Source: Octopus bimaculoides
Taxonomy: Eukaryota
Assembly: GCF_001194135.2 (NCBI RefSeq)
Contig: NC_069003.1
Coordinates: 20,347,279-20,410,690 of the forward strand
Length of the DNA stretch: 63,412 nucleotides
Direction: 5' to 3'
The translations under genes and the position numbers were made by a program. Of this stretch, positions 62,703 to 63,412 are shown in pieces (within the stretch, counting starts at the first letter, position 1; every line of letters starts with the position of its first letter). Under the pieces are notes generated by a model. The model searched no databases. It had not been told where the DNA came from and saw only the letters and a program-made list of their open reading frames with translations.

Positions 62703-63140
62703 TAGATGTGTGTCTGTGTGAATGTATGTGTACATAAATGCATGTGTGTGTGTATGTGAATGTAAGTATGAGTGGATATGCGTGTGGATGTAGGTATCTG
62801 TATGTGTGTATGTGAGTGTAGATGTGTGTGTGTGTGTGAATGTGAATGTAGGTGTGTATATGTGTGTGTGTGTGTGTGAATGTAGATGTGTGTCTGTGTC
62901 AATGAGTGTGTACATAAATGCATGTGTGTGTGTAAGTGTGTGTGAATGTAAGTATGAGTGGATATGTGTGTGTGGATGTAGGTATCTGTGTGTGTGTGTA
63001 TGTGAGTGTGAATGTGAATGTGAATGTAGGTATGTGTGTATATGTATGTGTGTGTGTGTGAATGTAGATGTGTGTCTGTGTCAATGAGTGTGTGTGAATG
63101 TGTGTATGGATGTAGGTGTGTGTGTGTGTGTGTGTGTGTG
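62596..63140. repeat. GT-rich repeat with ~180-bp higher-order period
   Basis: TGTAGATGTGTGTCTGTGT recurs at 62701, 62881 and ~63063 with the intervening pattern conserved. Confidence 0.85.
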
Positions 63141-63412
63141 TTCATGTCTTGACATTGCCAAGCAGTGATCAATGTGAGTCACTGTATTACAACCATTCTC
63201 TTTCATTTTTTAATTTTCCACAAAAGCATGTCTGGTTAATATTACGTCGTTTGAAAACAAGTAAAGGTTGGCAAAAGGAAGATCATTTGGCTCTAGAATA
63301 CCTGCCTTAATAAATTCTGTCTGACTCTTTCAAGCATGGTAAAATGGACATTAAAAATGGTGATGATGATGATGATTATAATCCTCCTCATCATAATATA
63401 TATATATATATA

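Overview
Eukaryotic, AT-rich, repeat-dense draft scaffold with 11 N-gaps (1248-1740, 3873-4718, 24079-24088, 25393-25402, 29127-29822, 32068-32893, 34030-34508, 42629-42823, 44141-44193, 47229-47465, 48647-49195). The repeat complement (tRNA-derived SINEs, RTE, Dong/R4, Penelope, mariner, huge microsatellite load) suggests a cephalopod, most likely Octopus (inference, not verified). Two spliced + strand genes can be built by hand. (1) Five coding exons of a PAQR3 orthologue (6832-25110; first exon not found in the window). (2) The first three coding exons of a probable secreted protein (57792-62310) that resembles the metazoan LolA-like/ependymin-like repeat proteins and runs off the right end. 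Almost all ORFs in the supplied track are microsatellite or N-gap artefacts or transposon debris. The most interesting non-genic signal is a Penelope-like family whose terminal repeat carries a tRNA-like Pol III promoter followed by a minimal hammerhead-ribozyme core. It occurs three times as head-to-head inverted pairs, twice with a 12-bp target-site duplication, including a ~205-bp element made only of two ribozyme-bearing ends. All homology calls come from motif recognition by eye; no searches were run, and repeat boundaries are approximate (about +/-10-30 bp).
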